Origin: a virus
Direction: 5' to 3' (one strand)
Virus record (IMG/VR): IMGVR_UViG_3300025769_014365
Location: 32,196-96,195 of that record
Length of the DNA: 64,000 nt
The translations under genes and the position numbers were made by a program. Below, piece after piece: positions 19,249-30,000 of this stretch (position 1 is the first letter of the stretch; each line of letters opens with the position of its first letter). The notes under the pieces were generated by a model. That model did no database searches and was not told the origin of the DNA. It saw only the letters and a program-made list of their open reading frames with translations.

Positions 19249-20454
19249 TTATTTCACTCCTATCACGCACTCTGTCAGTGCTGTTTCTTCGTTATATTTA
19301 TGCTTAATCAGTCTGCCCAGGGTGTTGAAAGCGGTACATTCGTCCAGATTGGCCACCCGGGCCTCACCATTTCCAGCGGATACTACGCGATCACCTGGAG
19401 CACCCGTGCCTTTCAATTTTACCATCACACGCCCTTTGAGTGCTATCATAGGGTGCGTACTATTGTCCCCAGCCTGTGCATTCATTAAAAAAGCCGGTGA
19501 TTCTGATACCACCCCAAAAACGGCATCGTCTAATTCTTTTTGGCACTTTGTGATCTCCGCGTGTCCGCCAAGGATGACCACTTCACCAACAGTCAACTCA
19601 CAGTCGGCTTCGTATCTCTCGGCGAGGTCGGCGTACTGGGCCTGTGATGCCGTGGTGGACAGCACGTTGGTGCTGGGATTGTAACTCAAGTTCGTGTCCG
19701 TTTCCAGTCCCTGTGTGCCTGTCTCTCCGTCAACGAAGGTCAAATACACGGTCTCGTTGGCTGTGTTGTTGGCGCTCACAGTGACGTTTGTGGCCAGTGA
19801 TGCGGTGCCTGTTAGATCTCCAATGACATCTCCTCTGAACCTGGCGGCCGCGACAGAGGTGGAGAGTTGTATGCCCTGTGCCACCGTGGCGAACCCTGCG
19901 CTTATCAGTGCGGCACCCTTGGTCTCCGTGGAACTGGGAGTGAAGGCCGCCGCCGACACCACCGCCACCACCGCGTCCGCAGTGACTAATTTCAGTATGG
20001 ATTGGTTTACTCCGGTGTTGTCCTCGACTGTCTCTGATATGACCTGTGTCACTCCAGACCCTGCCACTGTAGTGGGACCTATCAAGGTCCAGGTTGCTCC
20101 TGTGTACACGTACAATTGATTGTTTCCTGTGTCAAACCACATGTCTCCCAACACAGCGTTGGTCGGTGACGTGGATGAATTGGTTGTTGAACCCACCGGT
20201 TTCCATTTTGCCCCGGTGTAGACGTTTATCTGGTTGTTGGTCTTGTCATACCACAACTGTCCCTGTTGCTTGTTAGTGGGTGCTGTGGTGTTGTTGAAAT
20301 TCTCCAGGAGTTTGATCAGGTTTTCATTCAGTTTCTCACCGAATCCCGCGTATCCTTTTCCTATAAGTGTGAGGTCAGTTGTCGCTACGTCAATGGTTCC
20401 GTCCGCAAGTGTGACCAATAGTGTGCCAAATGTGTTGTTTAACTTGTATGCCAT
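19249..20454 (-). CDS. tail fibre-like protein with C-terminal intramolecular chaperone/autoproteolysis (peptidase G2-like) domain
   Basis: N-terminus LIGKGYAGFGE..NEN...LLENF, GQLWYD; C-terminus YADLAERYE...GVVS..PAFLMN...IAL.GRV. Confidence 0.7.
   Translation of the reverse strand: MAYKLNNTFGTLLVTLADGTIDVATTDLTLIGKGYAGFGEKLNENLIKLLENFNNTTAPTNKQQGQLWYDKTNNQINVYTGAKWKPVGSTTNSSTSPTNAVLGDMWFDTGNNQLYVYTGATWTLIGPTTVAGSGVTQVISETVEDNTGVNQSILKLVTADAVVAVVSAAAFTPSSTETKGAALISAGFATVAQGIQLSTSVAAARFRGDVIGDLTGTASLATNVTVSANNTANETVYLTFVDGETGTQGLETDTNLSYNPSTNVLSTTASQAQYADLAERYEADCELTVGEVVILGGHAEITKCQKELDDAVFGVVSESPAFLMNAQAGDNSTHPMIALKGRVMVKLKGTGAPGDRVVSAGNGEARVANLDECTAFNTLGRLIKHKYNEETALTECVIGVK
19661..19790. 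repeat. 130-bp segment duplicated at 25561-25690
   Basis: Ungapped hand alignment gives about 106/130 identical; encodes NVTVSANN..NETVYLTFVDG.TGTQG.ETDT.L.YNPSTNVL. Confidence 0.85.
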
Positions 20455-20642
20455 TAGTCGTTGTTAGAGGCGTTGTCCCTGACCTCTGTCAGGAAGCTAA
20501 CATCTCCCACTAACTTGATCAGTATTTCTGCTAACTCTGGGTTTAGCATCTGGTCGATCTTTGCCTCTTCCTCTGCCGTCCATGCTGATTCGTAGTTTGC
20601 GTTGATGTAGTCTGCCACTTCTTGTTTTGTTGGTGTCGCCAT
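20454..20642 (-). CDS. small acidic hypothetical protein (62 aa)
   Basis: Shine-Dalgarno AAGGAG upstream and a TAAATA motif at 20663-20668. Confidence 0.7.
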   Translation of the reverse strand: MATPTKQEVADYINANYESAWTAEEEAKIDQMLNPELAEILIKLVGDVSFLTEVRDNASNND

Positions 20643-20661
20643 TTAAATGTACTCCTTGTGC

Positions 20662-21126
20662 TTATTTATTATGCTTTTCGATCTGTTCGTCGTCGGAAAT
20701 CCAGGTCAAATCCTGGGAGTATGATCCATCCAGATCACGCAGGAACGTCTTCACATTGCTCTCTGTCAGTACCATTTGATGGTATTTCTGGTATCTCTTG
20801 TGGAGTGCCTGCTCTTTTGTCGCGGTGTACACCAACTTTAGTCCTTTATCCCGGGCGAACTGCATTATACTGTCTATGCATTTCTTCAGTGCCCTGTGCA
20901 CCACCCTCTGGTCTGCGTGTTTATCTGTGACTATCCATTCCATAAAACCAAACTGTGTGCCCTCTCCTATGTACAGTCCGCCAGCGCACACAGGTGTCCC
21001 TTCTTCTTCAACGATGATACCGTCAGGTGGCAGGCATTCCTTGGGCACGACACCAAACTCCCAGTCATTCCACCACTTGACCAGTGTGCTATAGTCCCTG
21101 TCCCTGTCCCAAAATCTAACTCGCAT
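20662..21126 (-). CDS. GNAT-family acetyltransferase-like protein
   Basis: GNAT-like order of elements: G.IVE...VCAGGLY...FMEWIVTD...A.DKGLK.VY. Confidence 0.6.
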   Translation of the reverse strand: MRVRFWDRDRDYSTLVKWWNDWEFGVVPKECLPPDGIIVEEEGTPVCAGGLYIGEGTQFGFMEWIVTDKHADQRVVHRALKKCIDSIMQFARDKGLKLVYTATKEQALHKRYQKYHQMVLTESNVKTFLRDLDGSYSQDLTWISDDEQIEKHNK

Positions 21127-21697
21127 TTTTCTGTATCACGATCCTGTTTATGTTGAATGTGGATTCGAAGCAGTAATTGACCGCTTGTGCCACTTCCTTG
21201 GTTGTCAGTTTTGGCAGTGTGGTCCATAAATCCTTGGTCATCTCTGTGTCAACCACGTCTGGACACACATCATACACCGACATTGGTCTGGGCAAAAGAT
21301 CCTCTTGCAACTCTGATATGTATCCTATCAGTTCTCTCTTGTCATCGCAGTACTGTTGATAATCTGCATCGTCAAAATCCTCGTCCCTTCCCTCTGGTGT
21401 GCCTGACGTGCTGGTTATCACAGCGACTTTTTTCCTGTGGTCGTGATATCTTCCATACATGCTCTTTAATAGATTTAGTTGATACCTGCCTGCGTGGGCA
21501 TTGATAACGATGAGGTCACAATCCCGTACGGTATCCACTATTTTCTCTTGGTCCACAGTGATGTCATATCCATTAGACCTGCTCATCCCGATCACTCGGT
21601 ATCCCTTGTCCTTGTATAATTCTGCTATGGCCCGTCCTATGCCGCGGGTGTGGCCTATGATTGCTATGCTATTTGTTTTTCCTTGACTCATACACAT
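21116..21697 (-). CDS. short-chain dehydrogenase/reductase (SDR)-like protein
   Basis: IIGHTRGIG, INAH, YCDDK (YxxxK), P.VVDTEM. Confidence 0.8.
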   Translation of the reverse strand: MCMSQGKTNSIAIIGHTRGIGRAIAELYKDKGYRVIGMSRSNGYDITVDQEKIVDTVRDCDLIVINAHAGRYQLNLLKSMYGRYHDHRKKVAVITSTSGTPEGRDEDFDDADYQQYCDDKRELIGYISELQEDLLPRPMSVYDVCPDVVDTEMTKDLWTTLPKLTTKEVAQAVNYCFESTFNINRIVIQKNAS

Positions 21698-22337
21698 TCA
21701 CTAGGTTCTCCAACCCCTCGAAACACTCCGAATAGTGCTGGTAATATTCCTCGAACCTTTCCTTAGTGTACTGCGATTCTTTCCAAAAGTCAATCAGAAG
21801 TGTGGTCCTTGGTTTAGGATTGTGGTTGAACCCGTTGTGTAATTGGAGTCCTGGTTGGAAAACGTATGCCTCACCGGTCTTCCAGGTCATAAGTTCCTGT
21901 TCCTTGGTGTCGAGATTCAACACCCACATGCCGCTCTGGTCGCCTCCTCCATCATCCAGGCACATCTGGTATCTCCATCCGCCCTCGTTGTCGGTGTGGT
22001 TGCCTATCTTGGTGTTGGCACCAACGGTCATTATGGCCACGTTGGTCTTGTATGGGAATTTCCTCAGTATTGAGTACAGCATTGGATAGTCATTAAACGA
22101 CTGTCCCTCGTGGTCGCCTGATTGTATGCCCAGTGCCCGCCATTCACCGTGAACGTAATCCCCTGACCTGTCATCGAAGTCCTCGGGCAGTCCCCTCACG
22201 CTATCAGAGAAGTCTTCCGGATCTAGGAATGTCTTGTTGGGCTGTGAGTCGAACTCGTGTTTGATGTCTTGCCAGTGTTTGTCAAGTTGTCGGAAGCATT
22301 CGCCCTGTTGGCCGTGGTAGAAACTGTTATCAAGCAT
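21669..22337 (-). CDS. Fe(II)/2-oxoglutarate hydroxylase, aspartyl/asparaginyl beta-hydroxylase-like
   Basis: W.DIK.EF N-terminus, I.NHTD (HxD), W..GE..VF...HNGFN...RTTL.IDF. Confidence 0.8.
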   Translation of the reverse strand: MLDNSFYHGQQGECFRQLDKHWQDIKHEFDSQPNKTFLDPEDFSDSVRGLPEDFDDRSGDYVHGEWRALGIQSGDHEGQSFNDYPMLYSILRKFPYKTNVAIMTVGANTKIGNHTDNEGGWRYQMCLDDGGGDQSGMWVLNLDTKEQELMTWKTGEAYVFQPGLQLHNGFNHNPKPRTTLLIDFWKESQYTKERFEEYYQHYSECFEGLENLVNVYESRKNK

Positions 22338-23754
22338 TCAGTATATTAACATTTTTACCATGAATCTGTCTATCATGATCTCGCCAATTGCTGAATATCC
22401 CCTCGCCGTGGTTGATAAGTTCTTCCTGTTCGCTCAATTCAAAGTAGTCTGTGAATTCTGTGCCATCTATCATAATTCTTCTGTGTTCTGAACCAAACAC
22501 ATAAACAATGTGTTCATCATCGCCTAGCGAAACTCCATGTGTGCTGTTCTCTACACGTGTCCATTTACCGTCTTCTTTGACCATGTGTGTGCCTGAAACT
22601 TTTATTCCTTTGTAGTCATACAGATTGTCTATGAGGAATTTACCTGTTGCGAATACGAATCCACCTACCGCCACCTCGTCTCGGATGTCTACTTGTTCAA
22701 CAGGTTTCAGTGATCCATCCGCCATGGTGATCATTGTGCCCGCTATGAAACAGCCGCCGCCACCTGATCCTGGTGTTCCTGAACTTGTACTTCCTGTGGC
22801 ATCGCCAAATCCGGCCGCCGTCTCTGTGAATGTTGACAGGGCGAATATTGCTTTCCATGTACCACCCACTTTTGTAAAGGCCGATGTTATCCTTTTCCAC
22901 GCACCACTCACTTTATAATACAACGCATTTGCGATCTTCCACTCGCCGCCCACTTTGACATATCCTCGTGCATTCGTGTTGAATATGACCACTGCTTTGC
23001 CGTCTGCACCTGACCCGCTTGGTTTCCCTCCCACTGCGACTCCTGAAGTGTAATACTGTGATCCCGTGCCGCCTGGTGTGACCCCTGATCCGTTACTTTC
23101 TGTACCACCGGCCGCTAGATTGGCTCCCGAGTACCCGCCGGTTCCGCCATTGTCTCCTGAACCACCGGATCCGCCTCGACCACCTTGGTATCCTCCACCG
23201 CCGGCTCCACCGCCCGCTCCGTCTCCGCTGTGATCGGCTCCGTTCTCCCCCAGTGTGGCTGGAGAATTCGCTGTTGCTAAATTCGTGTTTATACCTGCCG
23301 TGCCGTTTGATCCTGCACCTGCACCTGCGCCACCGGCTCCACCGCCCGCGATCGCTATACCGGTGCCTCCTATCAGTACCGCTGTGGCACCTCCGCCACC
23401 GCCACCTGACCCTGAGTATGGGCTTGGGCCCGCGTTACCGCCTCGTCCTCCTGAGTATCCTGTGATGCTCTTACCGTTTGCGCCACCTGGTGCGCCGCCA
23501 CCTGACGATCCACCAGCTCCGCCGCCACCCACGGCAATGTCCATTGTCTGTCCTATCTGCGCGGCTGAAATTGATATGGAAGTCGCAGTCACGTAGTGAC
23601 CCGCGGCACCTGTGCCACCTGGTCCGCCCGCATCTGATCCACCGCCGCCTCCGGCTCCTCCCCAGAGGTGCACGTCAATAGAGGTCGTTCCTGGTGGTAT
23701 CACCACCTGATTTAAAGTTCCTGTGTAATTGAACGTAAAGACGCTTGCCGCCAT
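22330..23754 (-). CDS. Gly-rich tail fibre/receptor-binding protein with C-terminal Hint domain
   Basis: V.LWGGAGGGG Gly-rich domain, KV.G.WK repeats, then GGGG-CFIAGTMITMADGSLKPVEQV (Hint block A) and VSGTH (block B-like). Confidence 0.8.
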   Translation of the reverse strand: MAASVFTFNYTGTLNQVVIPPGTTSIDVHLWGGAGGGGGSDAGGPGGTGAAGHYVTATSISISAAQIGQTMDIAVGGGGAGGSSGGGAPGGANGKSITGYSGGRGGNAGPSPYSGSGGGGGGATAVLIGGTGIAIAGGGAGGAGAGAGSNGTAGINTNLATANSPATLGENGADHSGDGAGGGAGGGGYQGGRGGSGGSGDNGGTGGYSGANLAAGGTESNGSGVTPGGTGSQYYTSGVAVGGKPSGSGADGKAVVIFNTNARGYVKVGGEWKIANALYYKVSGAWKRITSAFTKVGGTWKAIFALSTFTETAAGFGDATGSTSSGTPGSGGGGCFIAGTMITMADGSLKPVEQVDIRDEVAVGGFVFATGKFLIDNLYDYKGIKVSGTHMVKEDGKWTRVENSTHGVSLGDDEHIVYVFGSEHRRIMIDGTEFTDYFELSEQEELINHGEGIFSNWRDHDRQIHGKNVNILNA

Positions 23755-23758
23755 GGGA

Positions 23759-25150
23759 TTAGGCCTCCCTTACGAACCAGAAGTCCCCGTCATTGCCATC
23801 TCCGCTTGTTGGCAGAGAAGTAGAAACAGTCTTCTCCGAACCACCCCATTGGTCTCCAAAGGTGGCAACCTGTGCTATGGTCGGCACTGTTGATCTAGAA
23901 TCTGTTGTTGTGATAGCCGAACCTGGTGTTGCTACGGTCAATGAATCTAAAGTCAATCCACCTGTTGATGATGACTTCAGTGTAGTAGAGTGATTCGCCG
24001 CACCATCATCTGTGGTGTCCGCCAATCTTATAATCTGTGAGTAAGTGGCGTTCTCTCCGGCCTCCCAGTAGTTGCCTGTCACATTATATTTCAATCTTGC
24101 GTCGTCGGTGTCTGATGTTTCCACTATAATTCCTGAATCTGTTTCGGAATTGCCTGTGTTTAATTTAATGAAAGCGTCATTTACTATGTTGATTTCACTC
24201 GAACTGTTCTCAAACTCTCCTGTGATTGTCAAGTTACCTGTGACTGTTACATCACCTGTTAATCCTATCGCCCCTGTGGCGCCTGTGAAGGACAACGGAG
24301 TCTTAGTCACACCGCCATCATTGATCGTGAAACTTAAATCTTTATCCTGTGAAGTCTGTGCTATTGTGACATTGTTGCTTGTCACTGTGATCGATAACTC
24401 TTGTGCGTCTCCAACAACTAATCCTCCATCCGAATCTATTGTCAGTGACCCGGCAGTGGTGTCCGCGGCGTCCGCCCTAAGGAAGTTGCCTCCAGCAATA
24501 AGTGACGCTGATGAATTTGTGGTTGAACTGACGTCGACGAATGTGGCCTGTGTGTTGGTTCCTTCGAACACTGCTCCCAGTGTTGAATTGAGTGTGAGTC
24601 CTGCTTTTATCTCTGCGAATCCCGTCTGTGTGGCAGTTGGTGTGAACGTTTCCTTGGAAAGTATAGCCACCCTGGTGTTGCCCACGTACATGGAAGAAAC
24701 AACCTTGTTGCCTCCTGAGCTGGCCAGTGTCTCGATCTTCCATCCTGACAGTGTCTGACCTGATGTGTAGACCGGTCCCACCAATTGCCATGCCGTGCCC
24801 GTGTAGGCATAGACCTGGTCGTCGTCCGTGTCCAACCAAAGGTCTCCTGTTGACGGTGATGTTGGCTGTGCTGAACTGGCTTTCGCTCCACCTGTGGGTT
24901 TGAAACTGGTTCCGTCATAAACTTTTATCTGATTTGTCGTGGTGTCGAACCACAGTTCACCCCTAAGTGGTGCTGTGGGTGCCGATGTTGAAGCGGCGTT
25001 CTCTAATAGTTTGACTAGGTTCTCATTGAGACCCTCACCAAAACCCGAATATGATTTACCAAACAACTGCAACGAAGTGGTGTTGTCCACCGTTCCGTCT
25101 GTGATCGTTGTTACTACCGTTCCGTCTGTTTTGTTTATTGTGTACGCCAT
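23759..25150 (-). CDS. tail fibre-like protein
   Basis: Same N-terminal module as 19249 and 25161 (MAYTINKTDG...GKSYSGFGE.LNEN.GELWFD); C-terminal PTSGDGNDGDFWF. Confidence 0.7.
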   Translation of the reverse strand: MAYTINKTDGTVVTTITDGTVDNTTSLQLFGKSYSGFGEGLNENLVKLLENAASTSAPTAPLRGELWFDTTTNQIKVYDGTSFKPTGGAKASSAQPTSPSTGDLWLDTDDDQVYAYTGTAWQLVGPVYTSGQTLSGWKIETLASSGGNKVVSSMYVGNTRVAILSKETFTPTATQTGFAEIKAGLTLNSTLGAVFEGTNTQATFVDVSSTTNSSASLIAGGNFLRADAADTTAGSLTIDSDGGLVVGDAQELSITVTSNNVTIAQTSQDKDLSFTINDGGVTKTPLSFTGATGAIGLTGDVTVTGNLTITGEFENSSSEINIVNDAFIKLNTGNSETDSGIIVETSDTDDARLKYNVTGNYWEAGENATYSQIIRLADTTDDGAANHSTTLKSSSTGGLTLDSLTVATPGSAITTTDSRSTVPTIAQVATFGDQWGGSEKTVSTSLPTSGDGNDGDFWFVREA

Positions 25151-25160
25151 TTGTGTGTAT

Positions 25161-26339
25161 TTAGCACCTTCCCACCACTATATTAATTGTGCCTATTTCC
25201 TCGGAATCATAGTCCTCTAAGGCTTTTCCTATGACTTCTCCAACCTGTGGGTCGTGTGTCTTTTTTGCTACCCCATGGTGCGTTGGGTGTGACGACAACA
25301 TGTCACCCTTGTTGATGTGTCCCACTACCTTACATTTTACCTTGCCCATCAACGCTACAGGCAAGCCTGTCGCTCCTGCATTCATCAAGTAGGCTGGATT
25401 CTCACTGATAACTCCCGCGATCCTTGTGTCATTGCCTTCCTTGGAGATCGTAATTTCCTTATCGCCACCAAATATCACAACAGTTCCCACTTCATACTCG
25501 GCATCTGATTCGTAGATCTCAGCCAAGTCAGCGTACTGCGCCGAACTCGCTGTCGTGGTCAGCACGTTGGTACTGGGATTGTAGGTCAGTCCAGTGTCGG
25601 TCTCGATGCCCTGTGTGCCTGTGGCACCGTCAACGAACGTGAGGTACACGGTCTCGTTGGTGGAGTTGTTGGCGCTCACAGTGACGTTGGTTGCCTCTGT
25701 CGCCGTGTCCGCATTGCCTGTAACATCACCTATCAATGCTCCTTCCAACACGTTTGTCGATGAATTCAACGTGATGCCGGTGCGAATTGTTGTGAAACCT
25801 GATATGGTGCTCTTGGGTGTGAATGAGTTGTCTGAAATTATGGCTATGAGCGTGTCATCGTTGTACCATTTTGTTATGTTCCTAGAGACATCGCCCGAAT
25901 CTAAAATGGTCTCATAAACAAAACCATTTGTGGTACCTGTTGATGATGGCGGACCCACTAGTATCGAACTGCTTCCGTTATAGAAGTACAGTTGTCCTGT
26001 ATCTGAATCGATCCAAAGGTCTCCTTGATTTATGGCGCTGGGTTCGGTTGCCTGGTATGGTACGTTTCCGCCCGATGGGATGAAGTCAGCGCCTGTGTAA
26101 ACCTTGAGCCTGTTGTTGGCGCTGTCAAACCATAGTTGTCCTTTAATGGGTTTAGTGGGCGCCGTGCTGTTGGAAAAGTTTTCTAGAAGATGTAGGAAGT
26201 TCTCCGCTATGGATTCCCCGTAACCTGCGTACCCCTTTCCTATGAAACTGAGATCAGTCTGCGTGTTTATCACACCATCCTGTACCGTGTACTGGTTTGG
26301 TGATTCTGAATTGTTAGTCTTGTTTACCGTGTAGGGCAT
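25161..26339 (-). CDS. tail fibre-like protein with C-terminal intramolecular chaperone-like domain
   Basis: Shared N-terminal module; YADLAEIYESD...GVISENPAYLMN...VALMGKV...IGKAL. Confidence 0.7.
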   Translation of the reverse strand: MPYTVNKTNNSESPNQYTVQDGVINTQTDLSFIGKGYAGYGESIAENFLHLLENFSNSTAPTKPIKGQLWFDSANNRLKVYTGADFIPSGGNVPYQATEPSAINQGDLWIDSDTGQLYFYNGSSSILVGPPSSTGTTNGFVYETILDSGDVSRNITKWYNDDTLIAIISDNSFTPKSTISGFTTIRTGITLNSSTNVLEGALIGDVTGNADTATEATNVTVSANNSTNETVYLTFVDGATGTQGIETDTGLTYNPSTNVLTTTASSAQYADLAEIYESDAEYEVGTVVIFGGDKEITISKEGNDTRIAGVISENPAYLMNAGATGLPVALMGKVKCKVVGHINKGDMLSSHPTHHGVAKKTHDPQVGEVIGKALEDYDSEEIGTINIVVGRC

Positions 26340-27067
26340 TAGTATCCTGTGTTAGCACCTGAAGTCGTTCCGCTGACTGTGTTCGATGTTGACAGTGCAG
26401 TCGAGCTGGTCTCAGTAAATGTTGTTAAACTTTGAATCCTTAGAGTGTAATCAATCTGTATCAACCTGTTCAATGACTTCTGTACAGGATGGAATATCAC
26501 GTGTGTTAGTAATTTGTTCGTTGAACCATTTTCCGTTCCTTCCCAACTCTTGAGTCCTAATTCATCGAACACGTAATCGCCATTGAAATCCGTGGTGTTG
26601 TCAAATGCGGCCTGTCCGGTGGGCTCACCATAGTCCAGTGTACAGGTGCACACGATGTCAGTGTACTTGTTACCGGCGGTGTGTCTGATCTCCATCTTGT
26701 TCCTGGTCGTGTCCTTGTTGGTTGCTGAGTTGTCGTCTATCACTTTGTAGTACGTCTGATTGTATAGACTAGCATTGGTTCCTGTGGAATTTGGGGTAAG
26801 GTATGTAATGACACCCGTTGGGTCAACGCTGGTTCCGCCGTTGCCAAATGCCATCTCGTGGACGAAACCTGTTGTTTTGTTTGCTAAGCTGTTTGCCAGT
26901 GCCTGTGACATGTTCTCGTAGTGTATGGCGTTTCTTTTGTCAACTATGACCTCGCCCGTCTCTGGGTCGAAGATCTTGATGTGTCCTGTCATCATGACAC
27001 CCGTGTTGTCCTGTGGCTTCTTTTGTTCCTGCTTTTTAGATTCTTGTGATTTGTCTTGCTGTGTCAT
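26339..27067 (-). CDS. virion/baseplate-associated structural protein
   Basis: Lies between the baseplate and fibre genes; GHIKIFDP, FGNGG, FDELGL, HPVQKSLNR.IQIDY. Confidence 0.6.
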   Translation of the reverse strand: MTQQDKSQESKKQEQKKPQDNTGVMMTGHIKIFDPETGEVIVDKRNAIHYENMSQALANSLANKTTGFVHEMAFGNGGTSVDPTGVITYLTPNSTGTNASLYNQTYYKVIDDNSATNKDTTRNKMEIRHTAGNKYTDIVCTCTLDYGEPTGQAAFDNTTDFNGDYVFDELGLKSWEGTENGSTNKLLTHVIFHPVQKSLNRLIQIDYTLRIQSLTTFTETSSTALSTSNTVSGTTSGANTGY

Positions 27068-27076
27068 CTAGTGTAT

Positions 27077-30000
27077 TTATTCAGGTGCATTTGTGGGCTC
27101 ACTCGCTATGAATTGAGCTGGTTGAGTCGTAGAAGCCTGTAATCCCTTGCCGTCCGCTGGATTACCATCTGCGCCCGTGTACCAGACCTGTCCTTTCTTG
27201 TGTAATATCTTGATCTGCGTGCCCGAAGCGGGTGCGGCGCTCAACGTAACTGCCGTTGTGCTTCCGTCCACAGAGTAGTTTATGGTTGACCCATCCTCGC
27301 TGGTGAGCAACAATCGTTGGCCACCAATGAATATGTCTAACTCTCCAGCGTTGGATGGTGTTTGTGATAGTGCGAACGTCACAGTACTACCATCACCAGT
27401 GAAGGTGTTGGTGTACACTGTGTCCGCGTAAGGGACGGTTTGAGTACCAGACGCGTCTACCACTTCTGTGCCTGATCCGTGCTCCTTAATTCCTGTTCCT
27501 AAAGTTCCACGCCTTAGTTGTCCCAGCGTGTTGCCTGATTTAGTGAAGTATTCTATTCTTTCCTTGTCTATGAAGATAACGCCCGGCGTGTTGCTGGCTA
27601 TGTCTGGTGTTCCCAGCACTGAACCGTCTTCCACTGTAATGGTTTGTGTGCCTTCGATCATGTCGATGGTCAATTTAGTCGTCGCCGTCTTACTGATGCG
27701 TTTGTAGAAGGTCCTGTTCAGCATGTCCTTGAATATCCTGAATCCCGTGGCACCCACCGCTGACTCCAGTGCGAAGTACATCACGTCAATCCTGTCCGAC
27801 GCAGTTATAGTTTTTCCTGTAATTGTCAGTGTTGTGTCTGACACGGTGTAGTCGTACTGCTGTGTCAACTGTTCACCGTTCAGCCACACGTAGGTGTATG
27901 TGGCGTTGAGTGGGGCGAATCTCAAGGCGAACACACCTCCCGGTCTGCCCTCCAGCACCTCACGCCTCTGTTTCATTCCCAGTGCGTTGTTGAATGTTGT
28001 GACCGATATGACGTCTCCTGCGGTCAATGAGTATGGTGAAGTTATGGCACTTGGTTTCAAGATTATGTCCGTGCCCTCGTTGTAGTAGTGATTGTCCACC
28101 AGCGTTGATATGCAGATCACGTCAGTGGCCGTTGGCACGGCACCTGACACGAATTCAACGTTCTGGTTTCCAATGTCCACAGTGTAATCAGTGTTGAGAT
28201 CTTTCTTGGTTCCGTTGACGTATACTTCCACTTGTGCGGCAGATGTGATTGTCTTGGCAGGATCAACCGTTGACCCATCTCCCAGACCAGATGCCACACC
28301 GTAGGTGTATGTGCTACCATCGCCCAGGTAGTATGTGTTGTCTGGACCTCGCAACATCCTGCCGTTGACTTCCACCATTGTGAGACCAGAGAATGGTCCT
28401 ATCGCTCCCGGTGGGTATGTCAGCGTGTGCCTGTTTGTTGATCCATCATAGGTGATTGTGTCATTCCTGATCGAAGCATAACTCCTAGTGGAGGTGGTGG
28501 ATTTGTTGAAGCCTGCGATCTGTATGTACTCACCGGAGGCCGGTGCTGTAGTGAATGTCACAGTGATCGTGTTTGCCGTGGTTGTGGTGGTGTAGGCGGT
28601 TGTTGGCACTCCGTCTATGGTTATGTACATGTCGCTCGAAGTTGAGTCTAGATTGAACTCTCCCCTCGTAGATGTCGTGAACACAGCAGTTGACCCATCA
28701 CCTGTGAACGTGTCGAGAACCCTGTAGTTCTCACCGGATATCGCGAACACTTTAGTTGATATAACGGACAGCGCCGCGGGTGCCGTGGTGAACGTTATGG
28801 TCTTATTGGCAACATCAACAGTGTAGTCCGTGGTCAGTTTCTTTATAACACCGTCTACGGTTACCGTCACTGATCCCAGTGTGCCTGGGAAGTCTCCTAT
28901 GGCGTACTCAGTGGTGTTGCCGTCACCCCTGTAGTTCTTCTCTGTGATGAAAGGCACACCCGACTCAGGTGACGTGTAGACCTTTATGTCCAAGGTGTCG
29001 AACAGTTGTCCCGGCACCGTCTCCTCTGGTGCGTAACTGGTGTCTGGGTTGACGAAGTCGTCACCCTCCAAGATGATGTCGCTTGGCGCGTAGCCCAGCG
29101 CTGATCCAAACAGTCCGCCCTGTATGATGCTCTCCAGTGTCCTGTCGTCCGTTGGCGTGAGAACTCCGTCGTCATCGAAAGGTATGAATTCCACCAACGC
29201 GTTGGCGTCTGGGGTCTCGCTGATAGTGAATGCTGTGGTCGACCCGTCACCCCTTATTACGTCATCCAGTTTCCTCCTAGTGCTGTCGTCTGCCGTGATG
29301 TAGACCTGGTAAACGTCTGACGTGGACGGTGCTGTGTCAAAAGTGTATGTGGCTGTTGAGCCGTCCGCCCTGAAAGCCTTGACCCTTGAATCTCCGTAGT
29401 TGTCCCATGGGAAGTCGTACCATCCTGACCTGTCCCAACCCTGTTCCTGTGAGAACAGCAGTCCTGTTACCATAGTGCCACCATAATCGACACCGGTCAT
29501 GACCTGGTCCAGCTCGTTGCCTGGCATGCCAGAACCTGGTGTGTAGAAACCCTTGGTCCTGTCCGCCGCGGTCAAACCTGTCTCATCTCCGTATACCTTG
29601 TAGACATCTCCGATGTTGTCGTCGAAGTCGGTGGTCGATGTGAAAGCACTCGTGGCCTTGTATAATTCGTTGTTGTATCTGATCAAGTCGTTGTAGGCAT
29701 ATGCCGTTGATGCGGTCCAATCTTGTACCCTAGATGTGCTGGAAACCCTATCAAATTTAATGGTTGTGTCGAAATCTCTCACAAGGTCATTGTTGAGATT
29801 AGCATAGGCTTTGGCCGTGTCTGCGGGAGTTGATCCGTCTGTTCTCCCTCCGGTTATCACAACAGTCGGAGTTGTGGTGTAGTTTGCTCCAATTCCAGTA
29901 ACAGTAATTCTGGTCACAGCGCCGTTCTGGATAGTCGCTGTGGCAGTGGCCGCCGTAGTATTTGGTGTGATGTACATCTTGAATGCAGTTGATTTAGTGC

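Noticed and set aside
22330-22760. Canonical intein
   Set aside because: No C-terminal His-Asn-Cys/Ser/Thr junction, no endonuclease domain and no C-extein; treated as a terminal Hint domain
23090-23670. GC-rich tandem repeats (CCGCCA-like)
   Set aside because: Explained by poly-Gly coding in the fibre protein
19661-25690. Diversity-generating retroelement TR/VR pair
   Set aside because: Mismatches are not adenine-specific, both copies are coding and no reverse transcriptase is present
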